DNA of 63,428 bases, filler included, from Planctomycetota bacterium (GTDB lineage Bacteria > Planctomycetota > Planctomycetia > JALXBF01), in NCBI GenBank assembly GCA_026991575.1. It is 3 parts of 3 records of this genome, joined end to end, with 100 filler letters (N's around TTAATTAATTAA, not from the genome) between each part and the next. Parts side by side here need not be neighbours in the genome. Positions count along the whole stretch, not along the records: positions 33,184 to 63,428 come from JALXBF010000009.1; 2 more parts are not named here. The stretch is one strand, 5' to 3'. Positions 51,592 to 59,309 of this stretch are shown here, piece by piece. The notes under the pieces were generated by a model. It was given only the letters and a program-made list of their open reading frames with translations. It did no database searches and was not told the origin of the DNA. The position numbers and the translations under genes are program-made. Each line of letters opens with the position of its first letter. Position 1 is the first letter of the stretch.

Positions 51592-51964
51592 GGCTTACAT
51601 CTCCGAGTCGCACGTCGTCACTGTACTCAACTACGACACGCTCGATCCGCCGAAACCTTTCGAACCGGTAAATCCGTCCGTGCTGGATGACGTGGGCGCC
51701 GTCTTCCTTATACTCGTCGACCAGCTCCATCTGTGCCCACAGGGGGCGCAGCCCACGCTGACACAGCACGGCGATAACACTGAGGGGGGCAACTACGACT
51801 AGGTCGTCGCAGCCGGATCGCCGAAAGCGTTCGACCAGGTCATCTGCAGACGCGAACGGACGCGGGTCGTGGATAATCTCGACCGGTTCGCCGGCCAGCT
51901 TTTCGAGTGCCGCTTCCTGCGCCGGCAGGTGTGGGTGACGCGACATCCAGTAGACTCTTATCAT
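51584..51964 (-). CDS. hypothetical protein, Csx15/Csx16/Csx20-like (candidate ring nuclease)
   Basis: GGAGG RBS. Pattern SRH...AQ...L..L.G, D..VVVAP...LCQRG.RPLWA and F.RFRR, recognised by eye only. Confidence 0.5.
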   Translation of the reverse strand: MIRVYWMSRHPHLPAQEAALEKLAGEPVEIIHDPRPFASADDLVERFRRSGCDDLVVVAPLSVIAVLCQRGLRPLWAQMELVDEYKEDGAHVIQHGRIYRFERFRRIERVVVEYSDDVRLGDVSRE

Positions 51965-52197
51965 GGGCGCACCTCCTCCGCAAGTGGTGGAAACCAGTGC
52001 CATCCTTCGGGCCACACCTGGAACTGGTGGCCGTCCGGCGTTTCATAACACGTCAGGTCTCTAGCTGCTTTCCATCGCACCGTGCCGCGGGGGAGTTGCA
52101 ACACAAGCTCCCCGCCCCTAATACTGGCTGGAAAGACGCTTAGCAAAGCGTCCACCTGGAGTATGTGTGAGTCGAGCAGTGGCAACCTCAGAGTCAT
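51961..52197 (-). CDS. hypothetical protein
   Basis: AGGAG RBS, ATGA overlaps on both sides. Confidence 0.65.
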   Translation of the reverse strand: MTLRLPLLDSHILQVDALLSVFPASIRGGELVLQLPRGTVRWKAARDLTCYETPDGHQFQVWPEGWHWFPPLAEEVRP

Positions 52198-53249
52198 GCC
52201 AGCTCCTCCTGCAATCTGATCAGGAACTGCCTGAATTCGTCGCAGCTTAGTACAACGTTGCAAAGTTTGATCGCATCGCCAACGCGGCCCTCTGCAGCAA
52301 GATCAACTGCGTGGCGGACCGTGTCCTCGGTAATGTCCGGCCGGAATTGCTGTGCTACGGATGTGACCACGTGGTACTGATGGTTATCTCTGATGTTCTG
52401 TGCCAGGCACATTAGCACGGACACAAGGTCGCTATCCCTTGAGATAACAGCCAACATGCGCCGAACTAACATCGCTGTCTCCTTCCAGCGTTGGTCGGCC
52501 AACTTCTCGAGCGCATCGGCTATCGCGTCCTCGTCACCGTCTGATATCGGGCCGATCAGGGAGGTGTTAATCCAGCTGTCTGCGCAGATGAGTGCCCTCT
52601 GCTCCGCAGGTGCTCTAGCTACGACCTGGGCCACGTCGCGCGGCGTGCGGACGGCGCAGCGGCATAGCGCGCCCCATGGGTCGGGCCATATCGGCCGGCC
52701 ACACTGCAGGCAAAAGTCGACTGGCATCGGCTCGACAACCCAGCATGTGGACCAGCGCACGAGCCGGTGCGCTGATACGCCCAGGGCGTCGGCGACCGCA
52801 TCGACGAAAGGCTCTGGGTCTAATACGGGGAGCTGGGCCATGCAGACGTCGTCTCGCGAAAACTCCACCGTGTCCAGCTGGCAGTGCTGCCGTGTACGCA
52901 CGGTGGCCCCGGCTACCAGCACCTCGTACGCAGTGGACTGTGGTAGATCAGTGCCAGCCGGCAGGAACACCACCGATACTGGCGTGTAGTACCACGAGCG
53001 GCCGGCCGGAAAGGAGATCAGCGGCAGACATGGCGGGGGGGCCTGGAGACGCAGCTGGTGCCACGTCCTCTCGACCCTAGATGCGTATTCTGAGGCACCC
53101 CTGGAAGTGCTGAGAACATGAATCCAGGGAGCCTCGACGGGGGGGATAAAAAGCAGCTCAGGGTTAGGACTCGACTGCAAGAACCGGTAGGCGCGGCGGA
53201 ATGCCGCTAGGTGCACGTCTGTGTAAGTGTGTGTGTGCAGCTTGCTCAT
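52194..53249 (-). CDS. hypothetical protein with a zinc ribbon (CLQC...CRC)
   Basis: 351 aa, GAGGAG RBS, ATGA overlap with the HTH gene. Confidence 0.7.
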   Translation of the reverse strand: MSKLHTHTYTDVHLAAFRRAYRFLQSSPNPELLFIPPVEAPWIHVLSTSRGASEYASRVERTWHQLRLQAPPPCLPLISFPAGRSWYYTPVSVVFLPAGTDLPQSTAYEVLVAGATVRTRQHCQLDTVEFSRDDVCMAQLPVLDPEPFVDAVADALGVSAHRLVRWSTCWVVEPMPVDFCLQCGRPIWPDPWGALCRCAVRTPRDVAQVVARAPAEQRALICADSWINTSLIGPISDGDEDAIADALEKLADQRWKETAMLVRRMLAVISRDSDLVSVLMCLAQNIRDNHQYHVVTSVAQQFRPDITEDTVRHAVDLAAEGRVGDAIKLCNVVLSCDEFRQFLIRLQEELA

Positions 53250-53470
53250 GGCTCCTCCTCTGCTGCATTGTGTTCTCGTTCTACGTGTCTAACGCTTTCC
53301 CCGCCCAGGTTCTGACGGAGCAACCTGAGCAGGGCCTGTGTCGCGGCGTTCGGCGTGGCGCGGCCGTGCAGCCAGCGCCACAGCGTGGTTCGGTGCACCC
53401 CGATGATTTTGGCCAGTTGGCCCCCACCGTGGGAGGCCACTAGCCGTCTCAGGTCGTCTCGCCAGCTCAT
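53246..53470 (-). CDS. XRE/Cro-like HTH regulator
   Basis: QLAKIIGVHRTTLWRWLHG..TP. GGAGGTG RBS. Confidence 0.85.
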   Translation of the reverse strand: MSWRDDLRRLVASHGGGQLAKIIGVHRTTLWRWLHGRATPNAATQALLRLLRQNLGGESVRHVEREHNAAEEEP

Positions 53471-53503
53471 CGTTCACCTCCGGTCCTACGGTTGGTTGCG
53501 GGC

Positions 53504-53519
53504 TGCAACATCCGTGCCA
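53504..53519 (-). promoter_or_regulatory. sigma54 promoter, leftward
   Basis: Minus strand reads TGGCAC-GGATG-TTGCA, an exact consensus match. Confidence 0.8.
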
Positions 53520-53603
53520 AAGTGGAAATACGGCTGCATCGCTGCCGCCAATAGTACAGACAGCGGTACGCTTCTCTTTGCGTTGGCGCGTGCGATACCG
53601 CAC

Positions 53604-53645
53604 AGTGTTGCAGAATGCAACAACAGTGTTGCATTCTGCAACACT
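53604..53645. promoter_or_regulatory. tandem palindromic binding sites (enhancer or operator)
   Basis: TGTTGCA-gaa-TGCAACA acag TGTTGCA-ttc-TGCAACA. The whole element is a perfect 19-bp inverted repeat with a 4-nt spacer. Confidence 0.85.
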
Positions 53646-53718
53646 CTGTCGTGATCCACGAAGCCGGGCGCTTTTCATAAGTCGCGCCGCGGACACATGT
53701 TGCGGATTTTGGTGTTTG

Positions 53719-53734
53719 TGGCACGCGGTTTGCA
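53719..53734 (+). promoter_or_regulatory. sigma54 promoter, rightward
   Basis: TGGCAC-GCGGT-TTGCA, an exact consensus match. Confidence 0.8.
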
Positions 53735-53828
53735 ATAGCATATGGGCGACGCGAAGCGATGCAGTGCCCAGGCGGACCAAGGCCAGCCGCCGAGGCCGAA
53801 GTGGGTGGCCCAGTGAGGAGGACGAGCG

Positions 53829-54386
53829 ATGCGCGAGTACGCTGTTTTCCGCCACGACGAGCTGCACGGTACCCGCTGGTACGGGTACTACGAGGCCGCG
53901 ACCCCGGAGGAGGCCGTCCGTAAGGCCCTGGCCGACGGAGACGGCCTGCCGGAGCACCTCTGGGACACCGCCTGGGCCGCCGGCCACGTGGCCGGCTACT
54001 CCGAGCCCGACCAGGAGCTGCTGGAGCGCTGCTGGACCGACGATCCAGGTGCGCACTGGGTACTCGTGGACGGTACCAGTTACGTGGCGCTGGAGACTAG
54101 GGTCACGGTCCTACTGGACGCCCGCCGAGACCTCTACGAGGCGGGCAAGTGCACGTGCGACGAGTGTGTAGCTGCCTTCGCGCGTGCTTACGAGGCGGCG
54201 GCTCGCCGTCTCGAGGAAGAGCGCGGGCTCGAGATTCGGGTGGTCCATGGACGTTACGACGGACTACCCCCAACCGGCTACCAGCCCAGCGAATTTGAGC
54301 GCTGGGTCTGGCAGGAGCTGCACTACGCTGTAGATGACGTCGAGTGCCCTGGTTGCGACGACCCGGACTGTCCAGACGCAGTTTAG
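53829..54386 (+). CDS. acidic hypothetical protein with Cys clusters
   Basis: GAGGAGG RBS, CTCDEC and CPGCDDPDC clusters. Confidence 0.75.
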   Translation: MREYAVFRHDELHGTRWYGYYEAATPEEAVRKALADGDGLPEHLWDTAWAAGHVAGYSEPDQELLERCWTDDPGAHWVLVDGTSYVALETRVTVLLDARRDLYEAGKCTCDECVAAFARAYEAAARRLEEERGLEIRVVHGRYDGLPPTGYQPSEFERWVWQELHYAVDDVECPGCDDPDCPDAV

Positions 54387-54397
54387 GGGGGAGTCTG

Positions 54398-54658
54398 ATG
54401 CGCCGATGTCCAATTGCAGAGTACTACCTCGATTACGCCACCGACGAGTACTTGGCCGGCAGGCGCCCTGAGACGCCAGCCACGTGGCTGGATGGTGTCA
54501 GGGCCAAGAGGTGGACGTTCAGATACAGGTTCACCATGCGACGATGGCTAGCCGATGCGCTAGCCGAGGGGGTAATAGTGCCCGTCGAATCGAAAGGTGG
54601 TCGCACTGCGTACGTGTGGGCGTCCGCAGTGGACAGAAAGGACGAGGAAGACTCATAG
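54398..54658 (+). CDS. hypothetical protein
   Basis: GGGAG RBS, followed by a terminator. Confidence 0.65.
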   Translation: MRRCPIAEYYLDYATDEYLAGRRPETPATWLDGVRAKRWTFRYRFTMRRWLADALAEGVIVPVESKGGRTAYVWASAVDRKDEEDS

Positions 54659-54685
54659 GACGTAGCGCTGGGATCCTCCTCACTG

Positions 54686-54721
54686 GCCCCCGCCCGGAGA
54701 CACCGCCGGGCGGGGGTTTTT
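54686..54721 (+). terminator. intrinsic terminator
   Basis: CCCCCGCCCGG...CCGGGCGGGGG followed by TTTTT. Confidence 0.85.
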
Positions 54722-54731
54722 CGTGCGCGCA

Positions 54732-55016
54732 TCAGCCCCCCCTGGCCGTGATCCGAGAGTGGCACGAGTGGCATAGAGCCTGCAGGTTCTCGAGCGTGTT
54801 CTCCCCGCCCTCTCTGAGCGGAACCCTGTGATGTACGTCCTTGGCTGGCGCCCCGCACAGCTCGCAGAACGGTCGCTGAGCTAACACGACAGCACGCAGT
54901 CTCCACCACCTACGGCCGTACCCCCTGCGATGGGCGCTTGGACGCTGGGGGGCGCCGCGATGCTGCTTACGCGCTGGTACCCGGGGGGGTTTGTGCTGTC
55001 GCGGCAGCTTCGCCAT
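54732..55016 (-). CDS. HNH endonuclease (HK97 gp74-like)
   Basis: RRGYGRRW, CELC, VHHRVP, NLQALCHSCH. Confidence 0.92.
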   Translation of the reverse strand: MAKLPRQHKPPRVPARKQHRGAPQRPSAHRRGYGRRWWRLRAVVLAQRPFCELCGAPAKDVHHRVPLREGGENTLENLQALCHSCHSRITARGG

Positions 55017-56178
55017 CGGCAGGCTCCACAGGGTTGATCAGAGACCCGATCACGCGAGCAAACTCACTGTTGTTGCGCCGCATAAGCCTTTCAGCTGACT
55101 GACGCGACACGTCGCACGCGACGTCGTATCGCGCGTCGATTGTTCGGAGCGCAGCGGCCATGTCCTCAACAGAGTGTGGGGGGGCAGTAAATGCGCTAAG
55201 CTCCATGCAGTCAGACACGATACTTGGGATGCCCTGCAATGCAGCCTCTATAGCGACGTAGCCGAAGCTCTCTTCGAGAGAAACCTGCATAACAGCGTCA
55301 AGCTCAGTCCGAATGCGCCTTACAAACCTGTGCCATGGCATTGCAGGCCACGTTTCTACTCGTACGCCGCGTGCGCTAAGGTACCTTGCCACGTGAGCAC
55401 ACGACTCCAGCACCACTGGTACGTGTCCAGCCGCTGCAACAGCGAGGCACTGTCGCAGCATGTTTTTGACAACCGCGCTTCGGCACAGAACGCCGACTTT
55501 CATCGGCGTTTGCTTGTTCCACTTCTCACGCGCGCGCAACCCTGGAATCGGGTTTGGTATGTGAAGCCACCCCATGCAATCCGCAATTCTGGCACTCGGT
55601 GTCGCACAAACAGAGTGCTCCTCGTACGCAGCAAGGCGATTCATAAGCGACGCGTTCGTTGCAATGTCGGCAAGGCAGCTGTGTATAAGCGTCACTACGA
55701 CGATGCCACGATTGGAAAGGTCCCTAACGGTGTCTGCGCCTAGAACGGCTGCGTGGTTTACTACAACGCGTGGCATGCATAGCGTCAGCACGGGGTCTAG
55801 ATCGGATAGGCGTCGCACGCCCTGGACATACCGAGCACGGACTCCAGCCCGGGCCACGACAGCACATGCGGTAGGCCCGTATCTGTGCGCCCAGTGGCTT
55901 CCGCTAGTTGCTGGCAGAACAAACAGCACGTCGCATGGCCCAGGCTTTGGCCACACGTAAGCGCGGCCAACACGCCGCTGGCTTCGGATGACACGACGCG
56001 CCCCCTCTGCCCTGGCGTAGTCTGGGCATTCCGCGCAGCAGCGTATGCCGGGGACAGGTTTGGCAAGCGTGCAAGAGCCGTGGATGTCGCACTGAAAGAC
56101 TTTCAGCCGAACGCGCCCTTTGCACGACCCACATTGAGCGAAACCTATCAGATCTCCGAGGTAAACACAATCCGTCAC
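54967..56178 (-). CDS. GT-B (GT4-like) glycosyltransferase with an N-terminal Cys-rich domain
   Basis: KNM and ESFGYVAIEAALQGIP (E-X7-E) motifs. N-terminal CGSC...CDIHGSC...CCAEC. Confidence 0.8.
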   Translation of the reverse strand: MTDCVYLGDLIGFAQCGSCKGRVRLKVFQCDIHGSCTLAKPVPGIRCCAECPDYARAEGARRVIRSQRRVGRAYVWPKPGPCDVLFVLPATSGSHWAHRYGPTACAVVARAGVRARYVQGVRRLSDLDPVLTLCMPRVVVNHAAVLGADTVRDLSNRGIVVVTLIHSCLADIATNASLMNRLAAYEEHSVCATPSARIADCMGWLHIPNPIPGLRAREKWNKQTPMKVGVLCRSAVVKNMLRQCLAVAAAGHVPVVLESCAHVARYLSARGVRVETWPAMPWHRFVRRIRTELDAVMQVSLEESFGYVAIEAALQGIPSIVSDCMELSAFTAPPHSVEDMAAALRTIDARYDVACDVSRQSAERLMRRNNSEFARVIGSLINPVEPADGEAAATAQTPPGTSA

Positions 56179-57686
56179 GTTATAGCTCCCCCACTGCTGC
56201 CCTCGATCCAGCAAGCAAGCGGTGGACCAAGCCGAGCATTGGCGTGGTGGCGGAAGTACACACGCCCTTCGTCACCTGTGATGGGTGACGTCGTCGGAAC
56301 CGGCCCCCCTTGATACTCAAGCATCAGGCGCGGTATGAACAACACGGCGATTGCATTTTTGTTTTGGTTTGCTGGCTTCCACTGCAGTGCTGCAGTATCA
56401 GTTGTCGACCACTCAATGTAAGAGTTTGGTGGTGTTCGTCCGTTCCACCATTGGCTTGGCCCGAACGTGGTCAGTCGGTAGTAATCCCAGTCCGTGCGAA
56501 GAGAGTCAACGAACCGCTTATGCCACTTCGCCGGGAGGTCGATCTCGTTGCTAGGTATGTACGCTGCGAGAAGGATTACATCGATGTCTTGCGTCATTTG
56601 TGACGGGATTTCTGATGCTGCCTCAACATACGTGTCAACCGATGCTTGAAACAGCCTTGACCTCTCGTGACACTTGCCGTACCAAACCGACTCGAACCCC
56701 CAGCAGCGGCACGACACAGGGGCTCCGTCGTGGCATTGGTTGGTAAGCACCCCAAAACCGTCTTCGTCGAGCTGGTAGCATGTCCGTGGCGTCCATGTTT
56801 CACCAATCAGTGGGTTTTGAAACTCAACATGCCACGGTCCTGGATACCTGAACGTTTCTTCTTTCAGCCAGCGTTTGGCAAAGCGCACGACGATCTTTCT
56901 GGCACCAAAGTCCCAAAGGGAATTGCCAGCGCCAACGTACCACGCCGTTCCAATCGCGCCCATTCCGAAGTTGATAGAAGCATTTGTGAAAATGTGGCAA
57001 AACTCGAAGTTAAAGCGTTCGCGAAAGTCATCCCAACGCCACGCGCCCCAGAAATGGTAGTAGATGTCTGGAAAGGTGCCTGCAAAGCTGGTCCAGTAAG
57101 CATCAGCTGGGTAACCGATGTCAGAGATTCCTGCAGGCAGGTCTAGATCGACGTCTGCGACGCCGATGACGTAGTACTTAACACGATCGACATACCGCTT
57201 ACCAGTCCCGTTCTTGATCGTGTAACCTGCGACTGCGTACCGAATCGGGTTGATGTTACCGCTTACGCAGTCTTCAGACAGTGGTGGGAAACCGAAGAGA
57301 GCACCTGAAGACAGACATGCACCACAAGGAAGCTCTGAGTATGCGAGGCGGCTCATGCCCCACTGTGCATCACCGCGCCCGCCAGGTACGACTTCGAGGT
57401 ACTGCTCGGAACCTGGCGGGCCAAACCACTCAGAATAGGCCGCATTCGCGTTCTGCGAAGCAGTACTCCACCACTCTGCGAGGTATGTAACGTCGTCGTA
57501 GCCAAGAATCTTGCCTTTTTCGTCGTAGTCCCCAAAGCAAGGGTGTTTGCAGTCGCCCTCGAATGGATTGGGACCACCCTTGCAATATCTCGCGACACAT
57601 TTCGCAGCACGAAAGTTTGCAACGAACGACACGATCTGTGGTGGTGGTTTCCTGCAGCAGCTGTCACACGGCCCATACCTGCCCAT
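56175..57686 (-). CDS. putative tail-tip/structural protein, aromatic- and Cys-rich
   Basis: Lies in the tail operon, MGRYGPCDSCC N-terminus, translationally coupled. Confidence 0.65.
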   Translation of the reverse strand: MGRYGPCDSCCRKPPPQIVSFVANFRAAKCVARYCKGGPNPFEGDCKHPCFGDYDEKGKILGYDDVTYLAEWWSTASQNANAAYSEWFGPPGSEQYLEVVPGGRGDAQWGMSRLAYSELPCGACLSSGALFGFPPLSEDCVSGNINPIRYAVAGYTIKNGTGKRYVDRVKYYVIGVADVDLDLPAGISDIGYPADAYWTSFAGTFPDIYYHFWGAWRWDDFRERFNFEFCHIFTNASINFGMGAIGTAWYVGAGNSLWDFGARKIVVRFAKRWLKEETFRYPGPWHVEFQNPLIGETWTPRTCYQLDEDGFGVLTNQCHDGAPVSCRCWGFESVWYGKCHERSRLFQASVDTYVEAASEIPSQMTQDIDVILLAAYIPSNEIDLPAKWHKRFVDSLRTDWDYYRLTTFGPSQWWNGRTPPNSYIEWSTTDTAALQWKPANQNKNAIAVLFIPRLMLEYQGGPVPTTSPITGDEGRVYFRHHANARLGPPLACWIEGSSGGAIT

Positions 57687-58027
57687 CAGCACTCCGCAGC
57701 TATCGGAAAGTAAATGGCATTCCCCTGGTCATCCCTGTGGCTTGGTGCTAACACCACACGTTTTCCGTTTGCTATGTCCCAGCCAAGATGATCTACTACC
57801 TTGACGATGCTACCGACGGCTGTCACGCTTCCTCCTTGCGTGTCTAGAACCTCAGCGTCGACAGGTGTGGTCGCATAGGCCGAAAGGTCAGCCTTGAGCT
57901 GCGCAAGGATCAGCGTATCTGCAAATGACCTGGCAGCTCCTTGCCCACTCTCGCCGCCTGTCTTGAGTACCCTGACGACTGCCTTTGCAATCGACTTAGC
58001 TGACTCCTTGTCGAAGACAACCGCCAT
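57686..58027 (-). CDS. putative minor tail protein
   Basis: GGAGG RBS, tail operon position. Confidence 0.65.
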   Translation of the reverse strand: MAVVFDKESAKSIAKAVVRVLKTGGESGQGAARSFADTLILAQLKADLSAYATTPVDAEVLDTQGGSVTAVGSIVKVVDHLGWDIANGKRVVLAPSHRDDQGNAIYFPIAAEC

Positions 58028-58028
58028 A

Positions 58029-58415
58029 TCACGCCTCCAGGACGAACGCCCATACCTTACACGGGGCATTGTTAGAACGCAGCGCAAGCGAAGCACCGGG
58101 CTCTGCCCTGAAGATGCACACCTCGAGCGGGTTCAGCCTCGCGAACGTGTAGACGGTGCCGCCTCCAGCGTCGTAGCCTACTTCGACGTAGTTCGTGCTG
58201 TCCAGGTTTTTCAGGGCTACCACCCCCTGGTTAGAAGCAGCTATGTCGCCCAGCGGCAGGGCTGTCCAGGCCGTATTGGAAACCTCCAAGACTGTCTCGG
58301 TACGCTTGTCGCCGGCCTGGGTGATATCCAGCTTCGTAACTGCACGATCAGGAAAGACGCCGTAAGTGCCGTTTTTTGAGTGCTCAACCTGAAGCAGAAT
58401 GCTGATATCAGGCAT
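58029..58415 (-). CDS. putative minor structural protein (beta-rich)
   Basis: GAGG RBS, KNLDSTNYVEVG, tail operon position. Confidence 0.65.
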   Translation of the reverse strand: MPDISILLQVEHSKNGTYGVFPDRAVTKLDITQAGDKRTETVLEVSNTAWTALPLGDIAASNQGVVALKNLDSTNYVEVGYDAGGGTVYTFARLNPLEVCIFRAEPGASLALRSNNAPCKVWAFVLEA

Positions 58416-58424
58416 CGTTGTACC

Positions 58425-59294
58425 TCACAGTAAACCTAGCCCGCTGAATGGCAATCTGCGGTATACCCGGAAGACACGCCACACTGTTGCGCTAGGCGGC
58501 GCGTTATCGGGCAGGGCATCGCCCGACCCGTTTAGGCGCACATCGTGCTGTACCGGCTTTCCGTGTGCATCGACAATTGGCACTTTCGAGCCGCCTGAGA
58601 GCCTGTAGCGACCCTGGTCCACGACGATCACGTCCCATCCTTCAGGCTGAGGGTCCCCCGGAGCTATGTTAAGGCCGGACGGCGTAGGCCGGCCTTCCAT
58701 TTCAACCTCCACCTCCCACCACTCATAGCCCTTGTCTTCGTCCCGCCGCTTTTGCGCGGAGATCCGCATGATCTTGAGCTCACCTGGCGCAAAGCCAAGG
58801 AAGCCGTCGCTGTTAACTGCGTCCTTATACTGCAGAGCAAGTGGAAAGTTGAAGTACAGAAAGTTGCGCCGAATCACAATGGACGGCCTTGAATCGTCGA
58901 TCTCTACCGGATCGCTGAAAGGATCGCCGGCCGAGTTGGAAATCGGCTTACCGGTAATGTCGTAAGCAATCGCGCGCGTCGATCTAGAAAATGTGATCGA
59001 CACTTCCGGCGGTTTCAGGGCAGGATGGTCATACAGCTGCTTGCCAGCATCCGTCGAGTATCGCGCCTCGACTTCCCATAGCTCTGGTTCCCCCTCAATC
59101 TGGCGAACGGATAGCTCTGCAAGCAGTGCACCGCGGTAGTCAGGGTGAGCAGTTCCAGGTCTCGGTATGCCAGGGGCCTGTTCGATCTGAGAAATAGACG
59201 TGCCTGCAGCTGCCTTGACCCGCCAGCGGCGGGTTAGCTCAACACCCTCGTTCGAGCGTTCCAGTGTGCGTGCGAGGATCTCGTATACTTCCAT
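58425..59294 (-). CDS. putative distal tail/hub protein
   Basis: Directly follows the tape measure gene. HP.Y and NSAGDPF motifs. Confidence 0.65.
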   Translation of the reverse strand: MEVYEILARTLERSNEGVELTRRWRVKAAAGTSISQIEQAPGIPRPGTAHPDYRGALLAELSVRQIEGEPELWEVEARYSTDAGKQLYDHPALKPPEVSITFSRSTRAIAYDITGKPISNSAGDPFSDPVEIDDSRPSIVIRRNFLYFNFPLALQYKDAVNSDGFLGFAPGELKIMRISAQKRRDEDKGYEWWEVEVEMEGRPTPSGLNIAPGDPQPEGWDVIVVDQGRYRLSGGSKVPIVDAHGKPVQHDVRLNGSGDALPDNAPPSATVWRVFRVYRRLPFSGLGLL

Positions 59295-59309
59295 CGAACC
59301 ACCTGGCGC

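Noticed and set aside
53604..53645. Palindrome as a protelomerase (telRL) site or CRISPR repeat
   Set aside because: No protelomerase or cas gene and no spacer array. Its position between two promoters fits a protein-binding site better.
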